From: a virus
DNA: 64,000 nt
IMG/VR virus record: IMGVR_UViG_3300033978_000437
Strand: one strand, 5' to 3'
Below the pieces are notes generated by a model. That model ran no database searches, had not been told where the DNA came from, and was given only the letters and a program-made list of their open reading frames with translations. Of the stretch, positions 30,601 to 37,674 are shown piece by piece. Numbering within the stretch: the first letter of the stretch is position 1; the number at the start of each line of letters is the position of its first letter. Position numbers and translations under genes: made by a program.

Positions 30601-31112
30601 GCACCCGCCATGCACCTCCTTCTTTTGACCTCTTCACCCCAAGGATTACGACTGATGATCATTACATCTGCGGGCACCGGCCCGCTAGGATCAATTGATC
30701 CTAACAAATGGCCTAGTACAAATTCTGCTTCTTTATACTGATGAGGTCCAACTTCTACATCTAAAGTAAAAGGAGAAACTCGTAATGATTCACGGATTAA
30801 ACCCATTAATTCATTACTGTATTCCAACCTCTTTGCTTTAGTTTTTTCACCATCAGCATTTGTTATCGTTTCTTCAACCAGCTTGGATTCGATGTCCCCT
30901 AGACCTAATACATGTCTAAGAAACGCAGAGTTAGAAGGTAAAGGAGGCAAGCCGGGAGCTGCTAAAGGGAATACAGCTCCGCCTAATTGCACTTCATGCA
31001 ATCGTTTTTTATACACCATCTCAACTGCTGCAGAAGAAGTTTTAACCGCTGGAGTAATTCCACCTCCTCCCGCTATCTTTATCTTTCGTGCCATTTCTAC
31101 CTCTTTTTCCAA
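27621..31112 (-). CDS. polA: Family A DNA polymerase with N-terminal uracil-DNA-glycosylase-like domain and 3'-5' exonuclease
   Basis: UDG-like TNLVKFCPP..VVHP; exo VDAEW, YGMYDAD; pol motifs DYVGAEL, AKSVIFGIAYG, QIHDA; alternative start 31094. Confidence 0.93.
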   Translation of the reverse strand: MEKEVEMARKIKIAGGGGITPAVKTSSAAVEMVYKKRLHEVQLGGAVFPLAAPGLPPLPSNSAFLRHVLGLGDIESKLVEETITNADGEKTKAKRLEYSNELMGLIRESLRVSPFTLDVEVGPHQYKEAEFVLGHLLGSIDPSGPVPADVMIISRNPWGEEVKRRRCMAGADGSLLIETFRKLKAFNLTKFYVTNLVKFCPPDYKTTLKAVWIKDCMHLLYQEIKIVQPKYILCLGADVSKALLGGTAGVGEMEGRVEKLRYNVAFTARDQEQHWKEAQVMTVVHPRQVLRDQSAGRQLENGISRFIALTKGVTIGASEVIDHRVVDNHWDLLQQLISIEKDEDKRDSLIAVDAEWHGKHPINKNAYMRTMQISWYEKKALGIKFHEAGGEMTPGFATSRARQLPDKTLKLLNMFFLGGVFKYKDAEEIKEIKFRRKRVVGHFFNADLEWLLDYGINIQACFSCQLFDYEMKAENADKKLFKLYQKEGFTEEEIVPAWYRTKFEGGADTGLMTHAIEETASYKLETLAMRYTSAPRYDKELQHWKISYCKSKGIMNADLDGYGECPDEILLPYGMYDADVTLRLFYKLAVLLDEDYEGNNCREAFWESQIATPAVLEIHRTGITVDKDRIDFLTKRFMNAKNTLEVKIRTEIKWPEFNIRSTQHVRELLYGHLLNGKKDKKTGDVIRLRPEGAVSLNLDPLFDTSKPPKPWSEVKKSGRMAEHAPSTNKLILSLLAQSTTNEGKAKLINQLRDYRFLDQVLKTVLHPPACDDATEESMYDDDGNLEYDDGLASLCCDDGKVRTHVYQTKETGRWSSARPNLQNISKQRDPDYKRLLGAEDYKYTLRSVLKASPGHVMVEADYVGAELFGMAVMSGDENMIKHALRNQLPETHPDYYDIHSQVACFAFKLTCPPTKSGLAAIGKKHIRIVAKSVIFGIAYGRGPKAIAIAAKEQGIEIEVDEAQAVIDAIFLMYPRLSPFFNECKQRATGDYIDPLTGTTVAGRYLCNCYGRFRRFPDANFDRGLAGEFERQAMNYPIQSMIASAVSRALAYIHDYKEKQLKQGRDLFKVLLQIHDAVLLEVPYEHVKHVCEYVLPTFMRDAVPIYPSSLDGLPTGAGPYYLGIEMEVVKHWGELLTAAEARELGLPVGVGGVESCVVNYSKPD

Positions 31113-32179
31113 GAAATAATTACACCTTTATCACCAGCTTGCTTCGTAATATATTCACGAAGCATTGTGCGGGCTAAGGAACCAGGGTCGGTTCCCTCTG
31201 GAAGTTGCACGCTGCAAAATCCGGATTTTAACCGCTCATTTAAATCAGCTTCGATTTCGTTAACCTTTAACGCAAGCTTGTCTTTAACATCTGGATCAAA
31301 CAGCAACACTCCAGAGTAATCTTTGAAATGCTGTCTAAAGAGAGTTTGTTGTTCATTTGTTAAAGTTGCACCTAAGGTGCATACAGCTTGAGGTCCCACT
31401 CGCCACACATCTGTTACCCCCTCGACAATAATACCTACTTCATACTGGGAAGCATTCCCAAGGTTGTAAAGAATATTTCGTCTAGGTGTTCCAGGTGCTG
31501 TGTAATACTTAGGCAAGCTAGATTTCTTCCAATCCGTCTCGAAAGCAGCTCTAGCTTGCCACCCCACCATCTGCTTGTCATGGTAGATAGGAATGATTAA
31601 ACGATTCCTACATATGTACCGGTCACTAGTGTGACACCAATGCACATTGTAAAACCGACCAATCTTATCTGGGTCAAATCCTCGTCCGGCTAGGTACACA
31701 TTGGCTTCATGTGTGCTTGGAAGCTTATCAATCCTAGTGACTTCACCGGGCCAGCTTGTCCTTATTTTTGAAACATCAACTGTTCGTCCTTCACGCAGCT
31801 GAGCTTTGCGAAGATCTACTAAATGACGGCCCACCAGCATCTGCTCTAACTCCTCATAAATATGAGCAGTTTTAAGCGACAGCGGACAACCTCCATTAAA
31901 ACAAGTAGCAAGATGAAGCTGAGGTTTCCCCCATTGATTTTCAGATCCGTAGCAATGGTTAATATAACAACGAAACCTTGTATCGTTGCAGAAGGGACAA
32001 CACACTGCGTAATACTCGCCAGCATGTATAATCACTTCTTTTGGTTTACCTGTAATTAAATCAATGCTTGTCTTTCGTATTTGCTTCTCTCCCACTTGCG
32101 AGATACGCACATTACCAAACACGGCTTTGCACCTACGAAATAAAGCTCGATTTAAAGCATTTTTCTCGTCATTGTTCAT
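31097..32179 (-). CDS. DNA primase (Zn finger + TOPRIM)
   Basis: CPFCND, NRLIIPI, PKYY, IVEGVTD, LFDPD. Confidence 0.82.
   Translation of the reverse strand: MNNDEKNALNRALFRRCKAVFGNVRISQVGEKQIRKTSIDLITGKPKEVIIHAGEYYAVCCPFCNDTRFRCYINHCYGSENQWGKPQLHLATCFNGGCPLSLKTAHIYEELEQMLVGRHLVDLRKAQLREGRTVDVSKIRTSWPGEVTRIDKLPSTHEANVYLAGRGFDPDKIGRFYNVHWCHTSDRYICRNRLIIPIYHDKQMVGWQARAAFETDWKKSSLPKYYTAPGTPRRNILYNLGNASQYEVGIIVEGVTDVWRVGPQAVCTLGATLTNEQQTLFRQHFKDYSGVLLFDPDVKDKLALKVNEIEADLNERLKSGFCSVQLPEGTDPGSLARTMLREYITKQAGDKGVIISWKKR
31216..31229. promoter_or_regulatory. Dyad motif AAAATCCGGATTTT copy
   Basis: Perfect 14-bp palindrome inside the primase 3' end, ~100 bp upstream of polA. Confidence 0.45.
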
Positions 32180-32196
32180 TGGCTCCTCGTTAGTGT

Positions 32197-33891
32197 TTAA
32201 CTTTCATCTACAATTATGTTTGAAGTATCGGACGGAGCAGGAGTAGCACTTGCGTGATCTTCGTTATCAGCAAAATGATCAAAAGAAGAATCATTTACAT
32301 TTACACCCACAGATTTCATTGTGGACTTCTCCACAATTTGCCCACGGCTATCTATGTGATAGTTGTTAAGCCCTACCACTGAGTTGTACTCGCCATCTAC
32401 ACGGATAATGCTTGGAGGCACTCGCCGGAAACGACGATGCTTCGTACAGGCAATTTGGCCCATCGAGTCTGAATTTAAATTACCTATTACAAAAGAAAAA
32501 TCTAAATTCTCACCAAAGCTTTTACTGCCTTTTGCATCAGTATGATGCAAAGTTTTTGTAGGACTTAACATTGAGTTAGCTGCACCGCTAAGCTGATGTA
32601 ATACAACAGTATGGCAGCTAAATGGTTTACTGATCTCTCTAACAATCCGTGCTACTGCATTTTGATATGTTTTGTGATCTTCTTGCCGTCCGCTCTCTTG
32701 CTGTTTTAGAGTGGTATCTCTATCCACCATCAACCCAAGATAATCGATGATCACATTACGCACATAGCAAGAAGGGCCACGAGTACGCAACTCTAACTTA
32801 ATCCGCTGCACAATCTCATCGATCCCATTACTACCCGCAGTTGGATAATCTTTGTCGCTACCTGAAAAATCTAAACACAGCGTGTGGCCGTTCAACCAAG
32901 TTATGGCATTCTCCACACGAACTCGTTCTGGTTCAAATACCCCATCTTTGATTTCTTGTGCAAATATCTTACGTTCGTAATCTAATGGGGTTTCTGGATC
33001 GTTTAACAAAGAATCTAGCCCTTCCATGCCCATCTTATCTAAGCTGGCCCGATTCACCCTTGCTGCATACATTAACGCACGATGCAGAATCTCGGGTGCC
33101 TTAGCTGCTTCGTAAGTAACCAGCACAGAAATCCCATGCCTACCTTCGCTATTCTCTAACTTCTCTTCATAGGATTGCTTTGCAGCTTCGCACCACAGCA
33201 TGACTGCTAAGGTAGTTTTACAAGTACCATAAGGTGCCATGATGCCATAAACTTCGCCTTCCGCACTACCACCCCCAAGATACTTGTCTAAGAAACCAAG
33301 CCCTGTTGTGCGAATAATCCTAGGGTCACGTTTGTCCCAGCCAGTTTCAAAAGTAAGAGCCGCCTTATCTTTAATGCCCATTGTCTTGAGCATTTCTAAT
33401 TCAAGCAGCGTCTTTTGCAAAACAAAAGGTAGGTCTTCTATTTCTCCGTTTTTGTGAAGAGCTAGTTTTAAATTGTCAGACTGTGCAAACATTAAAAAAC
33501 GTTTGCCCGCTCTAAGTGCAAATTTCTCTAGCCACTTAGTGTGCACATCTTCCCCATCTAATGTGTCCGGATCGGCCGCATAAGACAGAAAATCCTCAAG
33601 ATCTAAACGGCTAGCCTCTGAAATGATTTCAGAATCTTGCTCAAGCATAGATTCTAAGTCTGCCCATATTTCGGTAAAACTGGGTAGACAATTGTTTTCT
33701 TTATGAAAGTCTAATAAAACCCGATAAAGCAATTGATAGCTTTCATCGGCAAAATGAGCGACAGTCAGTTTACTTTTAAAATGAGAAAATATTGTTTCAT
33801 TCTGCATTAGAATTGTAACAAATAATCGCAAGTGAGCAGCTGACAGCCGACCTTGTTTTCGGTCGCTTGGCATGTGCATCCTTTCTCGCAC
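32197..33891 (-). CDS. DnaB-like (SF4) replicative helicase
   Basis: APYGTCKTT, LVTYE, IIDYLGL, VLHQL, KHRR. Confidence 0.8.
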   Translation of the reverse strand: MRERMHMPSDRKQGRLSAAHLRLFVTILMQNETIFSHFKSKLTVAHFADESYQLLYRVLLDFHKENNCLPSFTEIWADLESMLEQDSEIISEASRLDLEDFLSYAADPDTLDGEDVHTKWLEKFALRAGKRFLMFAQSDNLKLALHKNGEIEDLPFVLQKTLLELEMLKTMGIKDKAALTFETGWDKRDPRIIRTTGLGFLDKYLGGGSAEGEVYGIMAPYGTCKTTLAVMLWCEAAKQSYEEKLENSEGRHGISVLVTYEAAKAPEILHRALMYAARVNRASLDKMGMEGLDSLLNDPETPLDYERKIFAQEIKDGVFEPERVRVENAITWLNGHTLCLDFSGSDKDYPTAGSNGIDEIVQRIKLELRTRGPSCYVRNVIIDYLGLMVDRDTTLKQQESGRQEDHKTYQNAVARIVREISKPFSCHTVVLHQLSGAANSMLSPTKTLHHTDAKGSKSFGENLDFSFVIGNLNSDSMGQIACTKHRRFRRVPPSIIRVDGEYNSVVGLNNYHIDSRGQIVEKSTMKSVGVNVNDSSFDHFADNEDHASATPAPSDTSNIIVDES

Positions 33892-33903
33892 AGAAGTACA
33901 TCG

Positions 33904-34671
33904 TTAACACCTTGCAGCTGAAACTATCTCAGCTGCCGCTACACGAAAATCCAACGGAACTAATTTCCCCAACACCGCTGTATACAGTTGGGGAAAGAGA
34001 GTGTAATCCATTGCCGCTAAAAATTCAAACTGCTTTGCTACTTTATTTAATTTTTCAATATGTGGATCTGTTTTTGGCAGACTTTCGCAAGTAGAAGTTG
34101 CAATGCAGTATTTAAATAAAGGAGACAATTCTAATCTAGGGTCAATCAATGCGTAATATACGGATAAACTAAGTGGATACCCATTTCCTTTTTTAAAGAT
34201 AACAATTGCAGTTTTGATCCTTTGGCTTTCCGCAATGAACTGACAGCGTAAATCATTTTCTGCTTTTTTTAAAAAATCAATAACTAGTTCTATAGTGTTA
34301 GGTGCTGCCAACTGGCCTAAAGCAGGCACAGTCAATGCACTACCACGCAATATGTAAAAAAGAACACGAACATAATGAATAGGGTTTAACTGATTCATTT
34401 GCTCAATCTTTTTGTACATAGCTTGCCATTGATTTGTGGTTTTTCTTTCTTCTGGTGTGTCAAACTTAGACTTACCATCTAAGCTTGAAGCAGGCTGATA
34501 AGAAACCGCAAATTCACCTTGGCGAAACCGGTCTAAAACTTGTCTCTCTTGTATATAAGTGTCTTTAAACAATTGTACTTCTGTCGTTAACCCTGTAGCC
34601 TCGTTACCCGATGAAGCTCGAGAATTTGCACCGGGGATAGGAGAGCGACTAAATTTATATTCGTTTTCCAT
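33904..34671 (-). CDS. Hypothetical protein
   Basis: Likely start MENEY at 34671 with AAAGGA RBS. Confidence 0.65.
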   Translation of the reverse strand: MENEYKFSRSPIPGANSRASSGNEATGLTTEVQLFKDTYIQERQVLDRFRQGEFAVSYQPASSLDGKSKFDTPEERKTTNQWQAMYKKIEQMNQLNPIHYVRVLFYILRGSALTVPALGQLAAPNTIELVIDFLKKAENDLRCQFIAESQRIKTAIVIFKKGNGYPLSLSVYYALIDPRLELSPLFKYCIATSTCESLPKTDPHIEKLNKVAKQFEFLAAMDYTLFPQLYTAVLGKLVPLDFRVAAAEIVSAARC

Positions 34672-36157
34672 TGTATTCCTTTTGTAATCCCGAAGATGGA
34701 AAAGATTGTTCCCAGTTATTAAGTGCATAAGAAGCACAGCGGTTTTTTGCTCGTGTTTTAAATGTGTAATTAAACTGATCTAGGTAATCATGGACTTGCC
34801 CATAAGGTTTGTCCGCTGAAATTCTAGATACTCTACCAGGAATTTGAATGTCGTTAATAGGGCTACCGCCACCATCTGCCCTAATTAGAACAGCCAAACT
34901 GTTAAAGGAAACCCCAACATTCCATACAGTAGTGCATATGACTTTTTTAAGTATTCCCTTTTCAAAGTCTTGTGTCAGTTTTTGCCTTCTGTTTAAATCC
35001 ATTAAAGGCTCATCTGCTTTGCAGAAACCTCCACGAGCATAGTGTGCCCGATCCATCTGACTTAACCCATTCTCCATGTATACTAAAGTAAAGTTTGGTA
35101 ACTGTTTCTTTAGGTTAAAAGCATGTTCTATCGTCTCTACTGTAATTAATACCTGCGTATCGTCGTCATAGCGTTTAGCATCTTCTGCTATTCTTCGATT
35201 ACGATACTCGTTACACCAAATACCCTGCCGTTTCTTTTTTACATCTTCTGCGTCCATACATGGATCTTGATCCATCACCACAGAAGTCCATTGGACTTTA
35301 ATAGGAACCACCATGCTGGCAGACTGTGCTTGTGCGTAATTTACTTTAAAAATGACAGGACCAAACATGCCTAAGTTTCTAAAGTCTTTACCATCCCAAC
35401 GAAGATCATGCGATGCAGACAACCCAAAATTACGACTGTTCTGCCACCTTGCCAACTCACCAGAAGCTTTGTCCGCAGAAAGCTCATGACACTCATCCCC
35501 GATAAGGATATCCGCAGTAGCTGGGCTATGATGTAAGGAACCAACTGTATAACACATCACCCGCTTGCCCCGAACATTCTTAGTTCCACCTACAATGCCA
35601 ACATCTCCTACCATCTGGCACAGCTCTGGGTAAATACGATCTCGTAATACAGATACCCGCTTGGTAACCACATCAATTTTTGTTCTTGGCAACAAAGAGG
35701 CAACTAACCCAATCATGAAAGATTTACCGAAGCCGGGAGGGCAATCAAAACGACCGCAGCGGTTTGCTAAAACTTTATCCAGAAATTCCTTTTGATTTGC
35801 TCTAAGCTTATATTTGTTAATGTTCTGCCATTGTGGTTCTAACTTTTTAGGATCCATAGGGGATAGATCTTTAAATTGCACATCATATCCAGCTTGGGTA
35901 AGCGTGCTACGCAGCAGTTTCCAAAACCCATAGAAAGTCACAATGCGTTGTTTGTAATCGATATCCATAAGTGTGTGTTCTTGTACTTCTAATACAGAAA
36001 GACCTTGTTGCTTTCGCTCTTTTGCCTCGTAACCAAAATAACATTTTCGTTCTGTAAAACTTAAAACTGGCTTGAGCAACTCAAGCATGCTATCTGTCGT
36101 TGGGTCTAGATAAAGTGTATTCCCAGTCTTATATAATGTGACAATTTGTTTGTCCAT
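34655..36157 (-). CDS. Superfamily 2 helicase (UvsW/ResIII-like)
   Basis: PPGFGKS, IGDECH, GLSAS, VWNVGV, QIPGRVSR. Confidence 0.9.
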   Translation of the reverse strand: MDKQIVTLYKTGNTLYLDPTTDSMLELLKPVLSFTERKCYFGYEAKERKQQGLSVLEVQEHTLMDIDYKQRIVTFYGFWKLLRSTLTQAGYDVQFKDLSPMDPKKLEPQWQNINKYKLRANQKEFLDKVLANRCGRFDCPPGFGKSFMIGLVASLLPRTKIDVVTKRVSVLRDRIYPELCQMVGDVGIVGGTKNVRGKRVMCYTVGSLHHSPATADILIGDECHELSADKASGELARWQNSRNFGLSASHDLRWDGKDFRNLGMFGPVIFKVNYAQAQSASMVVPIKVQWTSVVMDQDPCMDAEDVKKKRQGIWCNEYRNRRIAEDAKRYDDDTQVLITVETIEHAFNLKKQLPNFTLVYMENGLSQMDRAHYARGGFCKADEPLMDLNRRQKLTQDFEKGILKKVICTTVWNVGVSFNSLAVLIRADGGGSPINDIQIPGRVSRISADKPYGQVHDYLDQFNYTFKTRAKNRCASYALNNWEQSFPSSGLQKEYNGKRI

Positions 36158-36173
36158 TTACACTGACTCCTTC

Positions 36174-36201
36174 TTGCATTTTTGGATTAATTGATTAGAA
36201 T
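36174..36201 (+). promoter_or_regulatory. Candidate sigma70-like promoter
   Basis: TTGCAT-N16-TAGAAT, pointing toward a plus-strand terminator ~75 nt away. Confidence 0.35.
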
Positions 36202-36202
36202 G

Positions 36203-36278
36203 CAGCTGTGGGTTGGCGAAGCATCGCACCCGCTACACTTACCATCGGCTGGGCACCGCACCTAGCCGATGGTTTTTT
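36203..36278 (+). ncRNA. Candidate small structured RNA
   Basis: Lies between the candidate promoter and a terminator whose T-tract is on the + strand, where no ORF exists; two hairpins; imperfect 18-bp repeat at 32-bp period. Confidence 0.35.
36241..36278 (+). terminator. Intrinsic terminator
   Basis: 13-bp stem ACCATCGGCTGGG/CCTAGCCGATGGT, 7-nt loop, T6 tail on +. Confidence 0.7.
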
Positions 36279-36280
36279 AA

Positions 36281-36775
36281 TTAATCCATAGTATTATTTT
36301 GAGATTGTCTTCGTGGATGTATGTTCACAATTTCGTAATGTCCATATTTACCAGGCTGCCACGGAGACAACCCTTTATACTTACCTGCAATTTGCATCAA
36401 TGCCCAGAAATCTTGATCGTCTATTTCAGACGGTACTACACAGTTTATTACAACAGTTTGATTAGCCATGATTGATTCATGCAAAGACCAACGCTCTCGC
36501 CCATTAGCAGATTTCTGGTAGAAACAACGAGTTAGACATTTGTCTTTAATCTCCGCATCAAGCCCTATATCCCAACAGATATGCTTAACGGCTTCTTGAT
36601 GCCTACCTAACATCTCTGCAGCTAACTTCATGTTTGCATGATGCCATGTAGCTAAAAACAAAATCTTACCATCTCGACCAGGACTTCGTTGGAACCGAAA
36701 ACGACCTGTCTTCTTTTCTTTTTCATTCCCCAAACTAGGGGTGGTGAAACGAATTCTTACAGATAATTCACGCAC
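36281..36775 (-). CDS. Standalone RAMP (Cas7/Csm3-like RRM-fold) protein
   Basis: N-terminal VRIRFTTPSLG strand and C-terminal Gly-rich loop AGKYKGLSPWQPGKYGHYEI typical of RAMPs. Confidence 0.6.
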   Translation of the reverse strand: MRELSVRIRFTTPSLGNEKEKKTGRFRFQRSPGRDGKILFLATWHHANMKLAAEMLGRHQEAVKHICWDIGLDAEIKDKCLTRCFYQKSANGRERWSLHESIMANQTVVINCVVPSEIDDQDFWALMQIAGKYKGLSPWQPGKYGHYEIVNIHPRRQSQNNTMD

Positions 36776-36777
36776 AG

Positions 36778-37674
36778 CTATTCTCCAAATTGCTTTAAAA
36801 AACTGTCTTTGACTAACTTATTGCTAAAAAATATTCGAGGATCAAACTCAGCATGCTTCACGCTTCCGGATAACCAGTTACGTGCTATAAAATGCAATAA
36901 CCGCTTACAAGTTCGATACACCTCTTTCTTGTCCGTAACATCGCAAGGAATGTCTAGTAAGAGAGGGCTATCCGCTGGCAGAGCTTTTACAGCTTCAACC
37001 AATAGCCGAGCCCTATCTTGTTTAGCATCAAGTTCTGCTGTCTTTTTCCTTATGCGTAAATTCCAAAACTTAGAGAACTTAGCAAAAGGCATTAAACCAA
37101 AATGACTGTTTAACCGAGTCAGCCTATTGGGATGCTTTACATTAAAGTACCAGCGAGGATCTACTATTGAAGCAAGTATATCCAGCACTAGATCGGTGTG
37201 TTGCTCTATCTTTAAAAATTGCCAGAAAGGATAAGTAATATGCTGCGGATACCAGTGCTGCAGTCTATCTTGTATTTTTGGAGAGGAGTCATAAAGCTGT
37301 TCTTGCTTTACCTCTAGTAATAAAAAATTACGATAGCTTGTGCTGTCTATGTGATGCCAAGTATGTGGCAGATTATCATGCGGATTCAGCACAGAAATAC
37401 AATTTAACAACTGCAAACTTGAATTATGATACCTACGGCATATCCGAGGAGAACCCACTAATAAATTACCTTTTATCTCCTTGTTAATCAAAGCTAGGTA
37501 CAAGGAGATAATGACTTTATAATTCTGAGGTACTGCAATCACACGATAGGTCGTTGCCAGCAGTTTACTTGGGCGATACTTTCCAATTACCTGTGTAGGT
37601 ATACCTTCTGGAGTGTTTACCCAAGTAGTGCCATCGTGATCTATGTGAATACAGGTCATAAATTGTCTCAACAA
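36778..37674 (-). CDS. Nop/IS110-like RNA-binding-domain protein
   Basis: HITYPFW..ILASIVDPRWY..RLNSHFGLMP and CKRLLHFIARNW..FDP resemble the IS110 Transposase_20/Nop domain; no obvious intact DEDD N-terminus. Confidence 0.5.
   Translation of the reverse strand: MLRQFMTCIHIDHDGTTWVNTPEGIPTQVIGKYRPSKLLATTYRVIAVPQNYKVIISLYLALINKEIKGNLLVGSPRICRRYHNSSLQLLNCISVLNPHDNLPHTWHHIDSTSYRNFLLLEVKQEQLYDSSPKIQDRLQHWYPQHITYPFWQFLKIEQHTDLVLDILASIVDPRWYFNVKHPNRLTRLNSHFGLMPFAKFSKFWNLRIRKKTAELDAKQDRARLLVEAVKALPADSPLLLDIPCDVTDKKEVYRTCKRLLHFIARNWLSGSVKHAEFDPRIFFSNKLVKDSFLKQFGE

Noticed and set aside
36281-36775. Complete type III/IV CRISPR-Cas locus
   Set aside because: Only one RAMP; no Cas5/Cas6/Cas10/Csf1-like gene or CRISPR repeats seen
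36778-37674. Active IS110 insertion sequence or canonical TIGR-Tas locus
   Set aside because: No intact DEDD or catalytic-serine motifs recognised, gene tightly coupled within an operon, no long noncoding end and no multi-unit ~36-nt array nearby
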